Assembly: GCA_965243025.1 (NCBI GenBank)
Contig: CBDETY010000003.1
Location: 1-64,000, forward strand
Reading direction: 5' to 3'
Length of the DNA: 64,000 nucleotides
Source of the DNA: Candidatus Latescibacterota bacterium
Lineage (GTDB): Bacteria; Latescibacterota; UBA2968; UBA8231
Made by a program: the position numbers and the translations under genes. This document shows, in pieces, positions 48,091-58,012 of this stretch; within the stretch, counting starts at the first letter, position 1; every line of letters starts with the position of its first letter. The notes below the pieces were generated by a model. It saw nothing but the letters and a program-made list of their open reading frames with translations, had not been told where the DNA came from and searched no databases.

Positions 48091-48876
48091 GTGAGAGACG
48101 ACTCCAGAGGTTATCCCGAGGCCGTACCCGTCCGGCAGGGGTACGCCCGCTGGTCCGGGACTTACGATACCCAGGACAATCCCATGATCGTCCTGGAGGA
48201 GCCCCTGGTGCGGTCCCTCCTGGGGGACGTCCGGGAGCTCACGGTCGCCGACATCGGCTGCGGCACGGGACGCCACACCCTCTACCTGGCGGAAGCGGGG
48301 GCAAGGGTAACCGCGGTCGACTTCGCTCCGGAAATGATGGCGCGTGCCATCGGAAAGGCGGAGGGCGGCAACGTGCGGTTCGTTACCCACGATTTGACCG
48401 AACCCTTCCCGTTCGACAGGGACAGCTTCGATCGCGTCCTCTGCTGCCTCGTTCTCGAGCACATCTCCGACCTGGACCCGGTGATCGCAGAGATGGGGGG
48501 GATCTGCCGGCCGGGAGGGTTCATCGTCATCTCGGAACTCCACCCGGCCATGCGTCTCCGCCGCCTGCAGGCCCGCTTCACCGATACCGGGACGGGCCGG
48601 AAGGTCAACGTCGAGAGCTATCCCCACCTGATCGCGGACTATGTCAATGCAGCCGTGAAAGCCGGGCTGCGTATCGACCGCATCGAGGAGCATCCTGCCG
48701 ACGAATCCCTGCTCGAGAGGTCCCCGAGGGCGAAGGAGTACTGGACCGGGTTCCGGGAGGATTTCGATCTTGGCTGGCCGATGCTGTTGCTGATGAAGTT
48801 GGGGAAACCTCCAACCCGCCCCGAACAAGGCACCGGCGTTGCCCACAACCCAGGGGCCGGGAGCCACCAGGGATAA
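48091..48876 (+). CDS. Class I SAM methyltransferase
   Basis: DIGCGTGRH, VDFAPEM, SFDRV, PGG. Confidence 0.88.
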   Translation: MRDDSRGYPEAVPVRQGYARWSGTYDTQDNPMIVLEEPLVRSLLGDVRELTVADIGCGTGRHTLYLAEAGARVTAVDFAPEMMARAIGKAEGGNVRFVTHDLTEPFPFDRDSFDRVLCCLVLEHISDLDPVIAEMGGICRPGGFIVISELHPAMRLRRLQARFTDTGTGRKVNVESYPHLIADYVNAAVKAGLRIDRIEEHPADESLLERSPRAKEYWTGFREDFDLGWPMLLLMKLGKPPTRPEQGTGVAHNPGAGSHQG

Positions 48877-48892
48877 ACGCAGGATACAGTCC

Positions 48893-50152
48893 ATGGCAAA
48901 AAAACGCGGCAGACAGAATCCAATCCGGGTCGGCGTGGTCGGCGTCGGCCGCGGCAGGTCCTTCATGCAGGCGGCCTCGGCGACCGGTATGGAGCTGGTC
49001 GCCATCTGCGACACCTGGGAGGAGCGCCTCCTTGCGGAGGGAAAGGCGCTCGACGTGCAGACATACCTCGACTACGACGAGTTCCTCGGCTGCGACATGG
49101 ACGCGGTGGTGCTGGCCAACTACTTCCACCAGCACGCCCCGTTCGCCGTCAGGGCGCTCGACTCCGGCAGGCACGTGATGAGCGAGACCGCCGCCTGCCA
49201 CACCCTGGGGGAAGGCGTCGCCCTGGCGCGGGCGGTGGAGAAAAGCGGCAGGACCTACATGTTCGCCGAGAACTACCCCTACATGGTCTTCAACCAGGAG
49301 ATGAAGCGGCTCTACCGGAAGGGCCGCGTCGGCGAGTTCAAGTACGGCGAGGGGGAGTACGTCCACCCGGACCCCCCCGAGGTGAAGCTGGCGCGCAGCT
49401 GCGGGCGCGACCACTGGCGCAACTGGATCCCCGCCACCTACTACTGCACCCACTCCATCGCCCCGGTCATGTACATCACCGACACCCGGCCGGTGAAGGT
49501 GAACGGCTTCGTCATCCCCTTCGATTTCGCCGACCGCACCCAGACGCTGCACATGAACCGGGGGGACACTGCCGCGGTGATCATCTGCCGCATGGACAAC
49601 GACGCGGTGATGAAGTCGCTGCACGGCGGGCTGCGCGGCCACGGCAACTACGTCCGCATCCACGGCAACAGGGGGGTGATGGAAAACTGCCGCCACGGCG
49701 ACCGGCAGCGGCTGCGCGTCTGGTACGAGCCGTGGGAAAAGCGCAGGAGCGATCCGGTCGAAACCGTGTACAGGCCCGACTTCCCCGCGCACCATGCCAG
49801 GGCTGCCCGCACCGGACACGGCGGCGGCGACTTTTTCACCACCTGGCACTTCGCCGAGGCGATCCGCAGCGGCGAGCCGCCCTACCTCGACGTGTACCGC
49901 GGCATCGACATGAGCATCGCCGGGATCCAGGCCTGGCGTTCGGCGCTGAACGACTCGGCGCCGATGGAGGTGCCGGACTTCCGCCGCGAGTCGGTGCGCA
50001 GGAAGTACGCCGGGGACGACTGGTCGCCGGACCCGGAGCGCAAAAAGAGGGGTCAGCCGCCCAGCAGTGTTCTTGGCGCAATCGAACCGGACGCGGAAGC
50101 CGGGAAGCTCGCCCGCAAGGTCTGGAGGGAACAGGGCTACCTGGGCGATTGA
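48893..50152 (+). CDS. Gfo/Idh/MocA oxidoreductase
   Basis: VGVVGVGRG, HVMSET, AENY, GEYVH, YCTHS, HGGGD. Confidence 0.9.
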   Translation: MAKKRGRQNPIRVGVVGVGRGRSFMQAASATGMELVAICDTWEERLLAEGKALDVQTYLDYDEFLGCDMDAVVLANYFHQHAPFAVRALDSGRHVMSETAACHTLGEGVALARAVEKSGRTYMFAENYPYMVFNQEMKRLYRKGRVGEFKYGEGEYVHPDPPEVKLARSCGRDHWRNWIPATYYCTHSIAPVMYITDTRPVKVNGFVIPFDFADRTQTLHMNRGDTAAVIICRMDNDAVMKSLHGGLRGHGNYVRIHGNRGVMENCRHGDRQRLRVWYEPWEKRRSDPVETVYRPDFPAHHARAARTGHGGGDFFTTWHFAEAIRSGEPPYLDVYRGIDMSIAGIQAWRSALNDSAPMEVPDFRRESVRRKYAGDDWSPDPERKKRGQPPSSVLGAIEPDAEAGKLARKVWREQGYLGD

Positions 50153-50176
50153 GCGGTCCACCCTGATGCGCAAGGG

Positions 50177-50926
50177 ATGAAGTCAATGCACGGAATTGAT
50201 ACACCGGCTGATACCGGCGGGAGGGAATGGTTCGAGCTTCTCCACGACAGCCTGTGGCTTCGCCCGGATGAAGGAGGAGAAGAGGAAGCCGAGTCCCTGG
50301 GGCGGCTGTTGCGTATCCGCAAGGGGCAGCGGGTGCTCGATGCTCCGTGCGGCGCGGGGCGGGTCGCCTTCCACCTGGCGAAACGCGGGGCAAGTGTAGT
50401 CGGCATCGACCTGCGGAAATCCTTCATTGACCGGGCAAGGCGGCGGTTCCGAAGGCAGGGCGTGAAGGCCGACCTCAGGTGCATGGACCTGCGCGCCATC
50501 GAGTTCGAGAGCGAGTTCCACGCGGTCTGCAACTGGTTCAACAGCTTCGGGTATTTTTCGGACCGGGAGAACGCCGACGTGGCGATGCGGTTTTCCCGCG
50601 CCTTGCGTCCCGGAGGGCGGCTCCTGATCGAGCAGCTGAACCGCGAGCGAATCCTCAGGAACTTCCGTCCGCAAGCGGTCCGGGACGGGGCGCTGTTCAG
50701 ATCGAGGTGGCGCGGCGGGGAGCGTCTGATCGCGCGGTGTGTGGTCGAGGGGATCGCCGCGGAAGAGAGCAGGTCCTCGCAACGGCTCTACACCCCTTCG
50801 CAGATGCGCAACCTGCTTTCCTCCGCCGGCCTTGAAGTGGAGGCTGTCCACGGTTCGCGGGAAGGGGAGCCGTACGGGAGAGGCAGCCCCCGGATGGTCG
50901 TCGTCGCCCGCAAAACCGCAGTGTGA
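50177..50926 (+). CDS. Class I SAM methyltransferase
   Basis: VLDAPCGAGR, FNSFGYF, LRPGGR. Confidence 0.88.
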   Translation: MKSMHGIDTPADTGGREWFELLHDSLWLRPDEGGEEEAESLGRLLRIRKGQRVLDAPCGAGRVAFHLAKRGASVVGIDLRKSFIDRARRRFRRQGVKADLRCMDLRAIEFESEFHAVCNWFNSFGYFSDRENADVAMRFSRALRPGGRLLIEQLNRERILRNFRPQAVRDGALFRSRWRGGERLIARCVVEGIAAEESRSSQRLYTPSQMRNLLSSAGLEVEAVHGSREGEPYGRGSPRMVVVARKTAV

Positions 50927-51000
50927 GCGAACGTCGCTGCCGAAGCCGGCACCGGGCACGACGTCGGATCGTTTTCGGCCGCGCAAGCAAGGAATGGCTC

Positions 51001-51447
51001 ATGGATGAACGGACATTCGATCTGACCCAGCCTGCGAGCCGCCCGGTCCAGGTGCTCTGGATCGTCATGGGGATTTGCTGGATCATGAGCGGTCTTTTCA
51101 GCCTGCGGGGGGACGACTTCGTCGGGGTTCTTCAGATTGCATTCGGTTTGTTCGCTCTCCCCGCGGGTTTTCTGATGCACCGTTTGAACCGATACGCCAT
51201 TGAGTTCAAGGATGAGAGCCTGGAAACTCGCACAGGGTTGTTCAGACATCGGAAAACCCCATGGGAAGCGATCTCGGAGATCCATGTCAGGTTCATGAAG
51301 GTCGAGCTCCATCTCGCCGGTGGGAAAACCGAGGAAATCCAGTTCGGTGCCATGAGCTACAGCGCCAACCAGGTCATCAAGCCCCGGATCATCTCCCGGC
51401 TGAAGGCGTTCGCCGAGGCCAGGGGGATTCCAGTCAAGGAGGGATAG
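51001..51447 (+). CDS. Two-TM hypothetical protein (bPH-like)
   Basis: AAGGA RBS, two hydrophobic helices, then PWEAISEI beta domain. Confidence 0.7.
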   Translation: MDERTFDLTQPASRPVQVLWIVMGICWIMSGLFSLRGDDFVGVLQIAFGLFALPAGFLMHRLNRYAIEFKDESLETRTGLFRHRKTPWEAISEIHVRFMKVELHLAGGKTEEIQFGAMSYSANQVIKPRIISRLKAFAEARGIPVKEG

Positions 51448-51664
51448 ACTGGTGACCGCAGCTTCCCGGAAAACCCCGTTCGCGGTCATGGGGTTTCTCG
51501 CCCTGGCCTGGCCGTCCGCCGGGGAGGATCCCGGCCCGGAGAACGACTACCGCCGCGACAGCATCCGCGGCGGCACTATAATGATGTCACTGAACGCGCC
51601 CGCTGAAAGGATGCCGCCATGGATTTGATTGACAAGCGGATGCCCCCCGGACTGGAGGCAGGGT

Positions 51665-52411
51665 TTGGAAACTGACTGGTGGAAGAGCTTCTTCTCGGGG
51701 AACTGGCTCGACGTGCAGAGGAACCACCGTTCGGACCGCACCCTGAAGGAGGTGGAGTTCCTGCAGCGGAATCTCGGTTTGACCGCGGGGTGCCGGGTCC
51801 TCGACGCGCCGTGCGGCAACGGCAGGCTGGCGGTTCCGCTGGCCGAGCGGGGCTGCCGCGTTACCGGCGTCGATATAACCGCGGCCCTTCTTCAGGAGGC
51901 GCAATCCGTTTCGCAGGAAAGGAACCTCGGCCTCGAGCTTGTCGAGACCGACATGAGGGACCTGCCCTGGACGGAGAGGTTCGACGCGGCGTTCTGTTTC
52001 TGGGGGAGTTTCGGGTACTTCGACGACGAGGGTAACAGAGATTTTCTCGGGGCGGTGCATCGAGCCCTCAAGCCCGGTTCGAGGTTTGCCCTCGATCTGT
52101 CCAACCTCGCCGAAACGATGCTCCCGAAGCTGCAGCCGCGCAGCTGGAGCAAGGTGGGTGAAACGCTCGTCCTGGAGGAAAGGACGTACAGGCACGAGGA
52201 AAGCCGGATCGACTGTGAATGGACCCTGGTTGCAAACGGCGTTTCGGAAACGAAGACGTCCTCGATGCGGGTCTACGGGTACCGGGAGCTGACCTCCCTG
52301 TTTTCCGAAGTGGGCTTCGAGGTGTGCGGGGCGTTCGCGTCACTGGACGACGATCCCTTCGAGCTGGGGAGACGCGGGTTTTTCACCGTCGAAAAAAGAA
52401 GCCCCGAGTGA
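51665..52411 (+). CDS. Class I SAM methyltransferase (paralog of 50177)
   Basis: VLDAPCGNGR, WGSFGYF, RVYGYREL. TTG start after GGAGG. Confidence 0.88.
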   Translation: METDWWKSFFSGNWLDVQRNHRSDRTLKEVEFLQRNLGLTAGCRVLDAPCGNGRLAVPLAERGCRVTGVDITAALLQEAQSVSQERNLGLELVETDMRDLPWTERFDAAFCFWGSFGYFDDEGNRDFLGAVHRALKPGSRFALDLSNLAETMLPKLQPRSWSKVGETLVLEERTYRHEESRIDCEWTLVANGVSETKTSSMRVYGYRELTSLFSEVGFEVCGAFASLDDDPFELGRRGFFTVEKRSPE

Positions 52412-52557
52412 ACGGGCCCGACCTTGAAGAACTCGCAGCCGGCGTCACCCGGGCAGAAGCCATCGCGCGCGGGAAGGTGAAGGCCGGGTACACGCAACGG
52501 ATCCGGCAGACGGCGGGTTGAACCCGGGCCGGACAGACAGCTGAGAAAGGCAGGACC

Positions 52558-53619
52558 ATGACCGACAGGAACCGCATCGAGTGCCTCTTCCTCTCGCAGG
52601 AGGACCTCCTCGAGGCCGGATGCCTCGACATGCGGCTGGCCACAAGCGCCGCGGAAGACGCCATGCTCGCGTTCCGCAGGGACGAGATCCTCTTCCCGGA
52701 AAAGATCGTCCAGATCTTCGACGACGAGACCCAGGAGCGGATCAACTGCCTGCCGGCCACCCTGCTGCCGGAGAAGGTGTGCGGGGCCAAGTGGGTGTCT
52801 GTGTTCCCCCCCAATCCCGAGAAGTACGGGGTGCAGAACCTGTCGGCGGTGATCATCCTTTCGGAGATCGAGCGCGGCTTCCCCATAGCCTTCATGGACG
52901 GCACCCTCTGCTCCAACGTCCGCGTCGGGGCGATGGGAGCCCTCGCCGCCAGGCATCTGGCGCGGCCCGACTCGAAAAGCATCGCCTTCATCGGGGCCGG
53001 CGAGCAGGCCAAGATGCACCTGATCGGCATGAAGACGGTCGTTCCCGGGCTCGAGGAGTGCCGGGTTTCCGCGAAGTACGCCGCCGAGGAGCAGCAGTTC
53101 ATCGAGGAGATGCAGCCTCTGTTCGGGGACATGCGGTTTGCCGCGGCGGGCACGGACGGGCGGCAGGCCATGGAGGGGGCGGACATCCTCGTCACCGCCA
53201 CCAGCGCCCAGGCCCCCCTCCTCAAGGCGGCGTGGATGAAGCCGGGCAGCTTCTACAGCCATATCGGCGGCTGGGAGGACGAGTACGCGGTGGCGAAGCA
53301 GTGCGAAAAGATCGTCTGCGACGACTGGGAGACCGTGAAGCACCGGACGCAGACGCTGAGCCGCATGTACAAGGACGGCGAGCTGAAGGACGGGGACGTC
53401 CACGCCAACCTGGTCGAGATCATCGCCGGCGAGAAGAGCGGCAGGGAGACCCCGGAGGAGCGGGCCTACTTCAACGCCGTCGGCCTCGCCTACGTCGACG
53501 TGGCGATCGCCCACGCCATGTACCTGCGCGCCAGGGAAGCGGGTGCGGGTCGCATGTCGAGCATCCAGGAGACCATGATCTTCCAGCACGAGAAGCTGGC
53601 CGACTGGATCCGGATGTAG
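52558..53619 (+). CDS. Ornithine cyclodeaminase/mu-crystallin family protein
   Basis: RINCLPA, GAKWVS, IGAGEQA, TATS, GLAYVD. Confidence 0.9.
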   Translation: MTDRNRIECLFLSQEDLLEAGCLDMRLATSAAEDAMLAFRRDEILFPEKIVQIFDDETQERINCLPATLLPEKVCGAKWVSVFPPNPEKYGVQNLSAVIILSEIERGFPIAFMDGTLCSNVRVGAMGALAARHLARPDSKSIAFIGAGEQAKMHLIGMKTVVPGLEECRVSAKYAAEEQQFIEEMQPLFGDMRFAAAGTDGRQAMEGADILVTATSAQAPLLKAAWMKPGSFYSHIGGWEDEYAVAKQCEKIVCDDWETVKHRTQTLSRMYKDGELKDGDVHANLVEIIAGEKSGRETPEERAYFNAVGLAYVDVAIAHAMYLRAREAGAGRMSSIQETMIFQHEKLADWIRM

Positions 53620-53687
53620 GTCACCGGACCGCAGGCATTCACTGATTGAAACACCGGCCGCACGGCCGCCCCCGAGGAGGAACACAC

Positions 53688-54752
53688 ATGGCTTCCAGGG
53701 TACTCGACAACCGCACCGTGAAACCGCTGCAGCCGGCGACGTCGCTGTGGAAGCAGTACGACCCGGCGGCGGCCCCCCGCGCCTTCAAAGCGGAGACCGC
53801 ATCCGCGGCGCGGCGGTGGCAGAGGACCACGCGCCGCGCCCTTTCCAGGCTGCTCCGCCTCGGGGAAGTGGACGGCCCCGCCCCGGCGCCCCGCAGGATC
53901 GAGGTGGTGGACAAGGGGGATTTCCTGCGCGAGAAGATCCTCCTGGGCGTCGGTCCCCACGCGCAGATGCCGGTCTACCTCCTGGTGCCCAAGGGCGCCG
54001 AAGGACCCCTGCCATCGGTGGTGGCCTTCCACGGCCACGGGTACGGAGTCAAGGACATCGTCGGCCTGTGGGAGGACGGCGGCGAGCGGGACGTTCCCGA
54101 CGGGTACCACAAGGACTTCGGCGTCGCCCTGTGCCGCGCCGGCTTCGCCGTGGCCGCCCCGGAGATCTCCGGCTTCGGGGAGCGCCAGACCGATTTCTCC
54201 CACCTCGACCTCGGGCAGGGATCGCCGTCGACCTGCGCCCACATGGCCTTTCTCGCCTTCCATCTGGGAACCTCGGTGGTCGGCATCCGCGTGGGCGAGG
54301 CCCTCAGGCTCGTCGACTACCTCGAGACCCGCCCCGAGTTCGACACCGGCCGCCTCGGGGCCATGGGCATCTCCGGCGGCGGCATGCACACCTTCTTCTC
54401 CACCTGCATCGACGAGCGCATCCGCGCCTGCGTGGTCAGCGGCTATTACTCGAGCTTCCGCGACAGCGTCCTCGCCATGCACCACTGTCCCTGCAACTAC
54501 GTGCCGGGCCTGGCCGAGTTCGGCGAGATGCACGACCTGGCCGGCCTCATCGCGCCGCGGCCGATGCTGGTGGAAGCCGGCACCCACGACCCGATCTTCC
54601 CGGTCTCGGCGGCGCGCTCCGGCCTGGCGAAGGCGCGCCGGGTGTACGGGGTCTTCGGTGCCGGCGACCGGGTGAAGGCGGACATCTTCTCCGGGCGGCA
54701 CCAGATCAGCGGCGCCCGCGCCTACGACTTCCTCGGGGAGGTTCTCGCCTGA
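53688..54752 (+). CDS. Dienelactone hydrolase/acetylxylan esterase-like alpha/beta hydrolase
   Basis: HGHG, GISGGG, HCPCNYVPG, IAPRP, DPIFP. GAGGAGG RBS. Confidence 0.87.
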   Translation: MASRVLDNRTVKPLQPATSLWKQYDPAAAPRAFKAETASAARRWQRTTRRALSRLLRLGEVDGPAPAPRRIEVVDKGDFLREKILLGVGPHAQMPVYLLVPKGAEGPLPSVVAFHGHGYGVKDIVGLWEDGGERDVPDGYHKDFGVALCRAGFAVAAPEISGFGERQTDFSHLDLGQGSPSTCAHMAFLAFHLGTSVVGIRVGEALRLVDYLETRPEFDTGRLGAMGISGGGMHTFFSTCIDERIRACVVSGYYSSFRDSVLAMHHCPCNYVPGLAEFGEMHDLAGLIAPRPMLVEAGTHDPIFPVSAARSGLAKARRVYGVFGAGDRVKADIFSGRHQISGARAYDFLGEVLA

Positions 54753-54865
54753 GGTCCGGGCGAAGGGGTGGATCGGCAGGCCGCTGAATGTTCGGCGCTC
54801 CGGTGCGCTTCCGGGGCGGTGCCGGTCCTGTTCCAGCCGAACCTTCCCGCCCAGGTTGATGCCCG

Positions 54866-57800
54866 ATGAGATTCACCAGGCCGACCCTCTTTCTGCTGTT
54901 CTTCCTCTCCGGAGGGTGCGGGCTGATCTACCAGGTGGTCTGGGTGCGCATGCTCGGCTTCGTGCTGGGCAGCACCGTGCTCGCCGTGAGCACGGTGCTG
55001 ACCGCGTTCATGGCCGGCCTGGCCCTGGGAAGCTTCTGCTTCGGCCGCCTCGTCGATCGCCGCACCGACGCCCTCAGGATCTACGCGTACCTGGAAATCG
55101 GGATCGGGCTTTTCGGCCTCGCCATGCCGGCGCTGCTGCAGGGATTGAGTCCCGTCTGCATCGGGTTGACCCGCCTTCTGGGCGACTTCGAACCGGCGCT
55201 GTCGCTGGCGCGGTTCGGGGTGTGCCTCGCCCTGCTGGCAATCCCCACCACCCTGATGGGCGGCACCCTGCCTGTCCTCAGCAAGTTCCTGGTCGAACGC
55301 AGGGAAGCGCTGGGGAACGACGTGGGGACGCTCTACGCGCTGAACACGCTGGGAGCGGTGGCCGGCTGTTTTGCCGCCGGGTTCGTGCTGATTGGAACCG
55401 TCGGCGTCGTGGAGACGGTCTACATCGCCGCGGTCATAAACCTGCTCGTGGCCGCCGGAACCCTCCTGCTCGATGGCGCAATCAGGAGCGGCCGGGAGGC
55501 GCAGCCGGCAGCGCCGAAACCGGAGCGGCGTCCCCGGGCCTCGGGCATGGCGCTGTTGATCCTGTGCGCCTTCGGGGTTTCCGGTTTTGTCTCGCTGGGG
55601 TACGAAGTGATCTGGGCCCGGCTCCTGGTATTCTTCGTGGGCAACTCGACCTACGCCTTCAGCGCCATGCTGACCACCTTCCTGCTGGGGCTGGCCCTGG
55701 GCAGTTTCGTCGCCGGCAAGCTCGCGGACCGCCACGGCGACCCGGTCGGGGCGTTCGCGGTGATGGAGATCCTCATCGGCCTGTCCGCCCTGACGGGCAT
55801 GCTGGTGTTGAGGGGAACCCTGGAGGCGGAGGGTCTGTGGGTGATGCGGGAACAGGCGTCTTCGGGCTGGCTCGGAGACGTCGGGCGCATGTTCGAGGCG
55901 TCGTTTGCGGTGATGTTCGTCCCGACTTTGCTGATGGGGGCGACCTTTCCCCTCGCCGGCAAGGCCTACGTGCGTTCCGTGCGGGAAGTGGGACGGGATA
56001 TCGGCGCGGTCTACTCGGTGAATACCCTGGGGGCGATCCTGGGGGCCTTCGTCGCCGGTTTTTTCCTGCTGTCGTGGCTCGGGGTGCAGGGAGCGATCAT
56101 CTGCCTGGCCGCGATCAATGCCCTGGTGGGTCTGTTCCTCCTGCTGGTCCATCGCGCTTCGGCGAACGGACTGCGATTCATCGCGGCCCCGGCCCTGGCC
56201 GCCGCGGTCCTTGTCGCCGCGGTCTGGCTTCCCTCCCGTTTGGCGCTTCGCAGCGACTTCGAGGACAGTCGGGATACCGTGCTCTTCTACCGGGAAGACC
56301 GCGCCGGCACGGTCAAGGTCTTCCGCAAACCTGACGGCCATCTGCTCATCAGTGTGGACGGCAACACCATCGGCGATACCCGGGACGACCTCGACGCCAA
56401 GCAACGCCTGCTGGCTCACCTGCCGCTGCTGCTGGTTCCCGAGCCGGAATCGATTCTGGTGATCGGCCTGGGCAGCGGTATCACCGCCGGCGCCATGACC
56501 GCCTACGAGGAGGTGGAGCGCATCGACGCCGTCGAGATCGTGCCGGGAGTGGTGGAAGGAGCGCTGTACTTCGGGAAACACAACCGCCGGGCGCTCAAGC
56601 AGCCGCAGGTCGAGGTGGTGGTCGCCGACGGCATCAACTACCTGATGACTTCCGAGGGCAGGTACGACGTCATCTCTTCGGACGCCAAGCTCAACCCGGG
56701 CTACACGGGAAATGCCGTCTTCCTGTCGAGCGACTACTACCGCCTGTGCCTCGAACAGCTTACCGATGAAGGGATGATGGTGCAGTGGATTCCGCTGCAT
56801 CTGCCGCAGGACAGCTACCGCATGGTGCTGAGGACCTTCGCCGAGGTCTTTCCCTACGGGTCGGTCTGGTTCCTTCCCGGCAGGCACACCTTCCTGATCG
56901 GCACCCGGAAGCAGCTGGAGATCGACATGGACCGGCTCCTGGACCGCCTGCGGCGTCCCGGGGTTGGCGGGGACCTCGCCCGCTTCGGACTGGGGCATCC
57001 GTGGGCGCTGCTCAGCGGCTACAGGGGAGGGCTGGCGGATATCCGCCGGTTTGCCGGCAGCGGTCCGGTGAGCAGCTGGAACCACCCCTACATCGAGTTC
57101 CGGACGCCGCGGGGGCTGGGACGCGAGTCGGCAAGGAACCGGGCAGCCAACCTGCGCGCCCTGGCACAGGTGAGGGGAGACGTCCGCCGGTACTTGAGAG
57201 GGATGACCGGGCCTGACCCGGAAGCAACGCAGGCTTCCTGGCAACGGTATGCCCGGGGGACCGACCTGCTGCTGGCCGGCCTGGCGCAGGCGGAAGAGAG
57301 CGGTCTGCTGAGCTATGGGGAGGGTTTGTTCCGGCAGATGCTGCAAGCCCACCCGGAGGACAGGCGGGCGCAGTACTGGTTCGGCCGCGCCCGGGGGGAG
57401 CGCAGGGCCGTTCAGCACGCCACCGCGGAGGCCGGTGATGCCGGGGCCTGGATCCTGCGGGGCAACAGCTTCCTGGCAGAGGGGGCTTTCGCGGAAGCCC
57501 TGGAGGCTTTCGAACGGGCGGCGGCCCTGGAGCCTGAGAACGCCCAGGCCCACTACCACCTGGGCGTGGTCAGTGAATACAACGCCGAGGGCAGGCGCTA
57601 CGGCCCCGGGCTCGCTCTCGACCGGGCGGTCGCGTCGTACGAAAAGGCGATCTCACTCCGGGAGGGGTACGTGGAGGCCCACTACAACCTCGGTGTAGTC
57701 TGCCAGTACGACAGCGAGGGGAAACTCTACGGTCCGAACGCCCGGATCGAGAAGGCGCTGGCGAGCTTCGAACGGGTTACAGAGCTGGCGCCCGATCACG

Positions 57801-57949
57801 CCAGGGCCTGGAGCAACATGGGAGGGATCCATTTTCACAGGAAGCGTTACGCCGAAGCGCGAGCGGCGTGGGAGCAGGCGCTGGTTGCCGACCCGAATCT
57901 GCGCTCCGCGCAGATCAACCTCGGCTACCTTGACGACAGGGGTTTGTGA
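54866..57949 (+). CDS. Fused MFS-like membrane domain / spermidine synthase-like SAM domain / TPR
   Basis: Duplicated membrane repeats (LYALNTLGA, VYSVNTLGA), IGLGSGITA, VEIV, DVISSD, QWIP, C-terminal TPRs. Confidence 0.9.
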   Translation: MRFTRPTLFLLFFLSGGCGLIYQVVWVRMLGFVLGSTVLAVSTVLTAFMAGLALGSFCFGRLVDRRTDALRIYAYLEIGIGLFGLAMPALLQGLSPVCIGLTRLLGDFEPALSLARFGVCLALLAIPTTLMGGTLPVLSKFLVERREALGNDVGTLYALNTLGAVAGCFAAGFVLIGTVGVVETVYIAAVINLLVAAGTLLLDGAIRSGREAQPAAPKPERRPRASGMALLILCAFGVSGFVSLGYEVIWARLLVFFVGNSTYAFSAMLTTFLLGLALGSFVAGKLADRHGDPVGAFAVMEILIGLSALTGMLVLRGTLEAEGLWVMREQASSGWLGDVGRMFEASFAVMFVPTLLMGATFPLAGKAYVRSVREVGRDIGAVYSVNTLGAILGAFVAGFFLLSWLGVQGAIICLAAINALVGLFLLLVHRASANGLRFIAAPALAAAVLVAAVWLPSRLALRSDFEDSRDTVLFYREDRAGTVKVFRKPDGHLLISVDGNTIGDTRDDLDAKQRLLAHLPLLLVPEPESILVIGLGSGITAGAMTAYEEVERIDAVEIVPGVVEGALYFGKHNRRALKQPQVEVVVADGINYLMTSEGRYDVISSDAKLNPGYTGNAVFLSSDYYRLCLEQLTDEGMMVQWIPLHLPQDSYRMVLRTFAEVFPYGSVWFLPGRHTFLIGTRKQLEIDMDRLLDRLRRPGVGGDLARFGLGHPWALLSGYRGGLADIRRFAGSGPVSSWNHPYIEFRTPRGLGRESARNRAANLRALAQVRGDVRRYLRGMTGPDPEATQASWQRYARGTDLLLAGLAQAEESGLLSYGEGLFRQMLQAHPEDRRAQYWFGRARGERRAVQHATAEAGDAGAWILRGNSFLAEGAFAEALEAFERAAALEPENAQAHYHLGVVSEYNAEGRRYGPGLALDRAVASYEKAISLREGYVEAHYNLGVVCQYDSEGKLYGPNARIEKALASFERVTELAPDHARAWSNMGGIHFHRKRYAEARAAWEQALVADPNLRSAQINLGYLDDRGL

Positions 57950-58012
57950 GGAAGTTCCCGTCTGAAGAACAGCGGCAAGGCTGCGGCGAAACCTGCGGGC
58001 TCGGGCTGCTCC

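Noticed and set aside
51626-51628. In-frame TGA just before the methyltransferase ORF as a possible third Sec codon
   Set aside because: No comparable hairpin follows it, and a good GGAGG plus TTG start exists at 51665.
14-57559. Many long antisense or alternate-frame ORFs (e.g. 14..1972, 10947..13586, 23078..25135, 36973..38940, 42047..44710, 54722..57559)
   Set aside because: Shadows of real genes in high-GC DNA, with no motifs and skewed composition.
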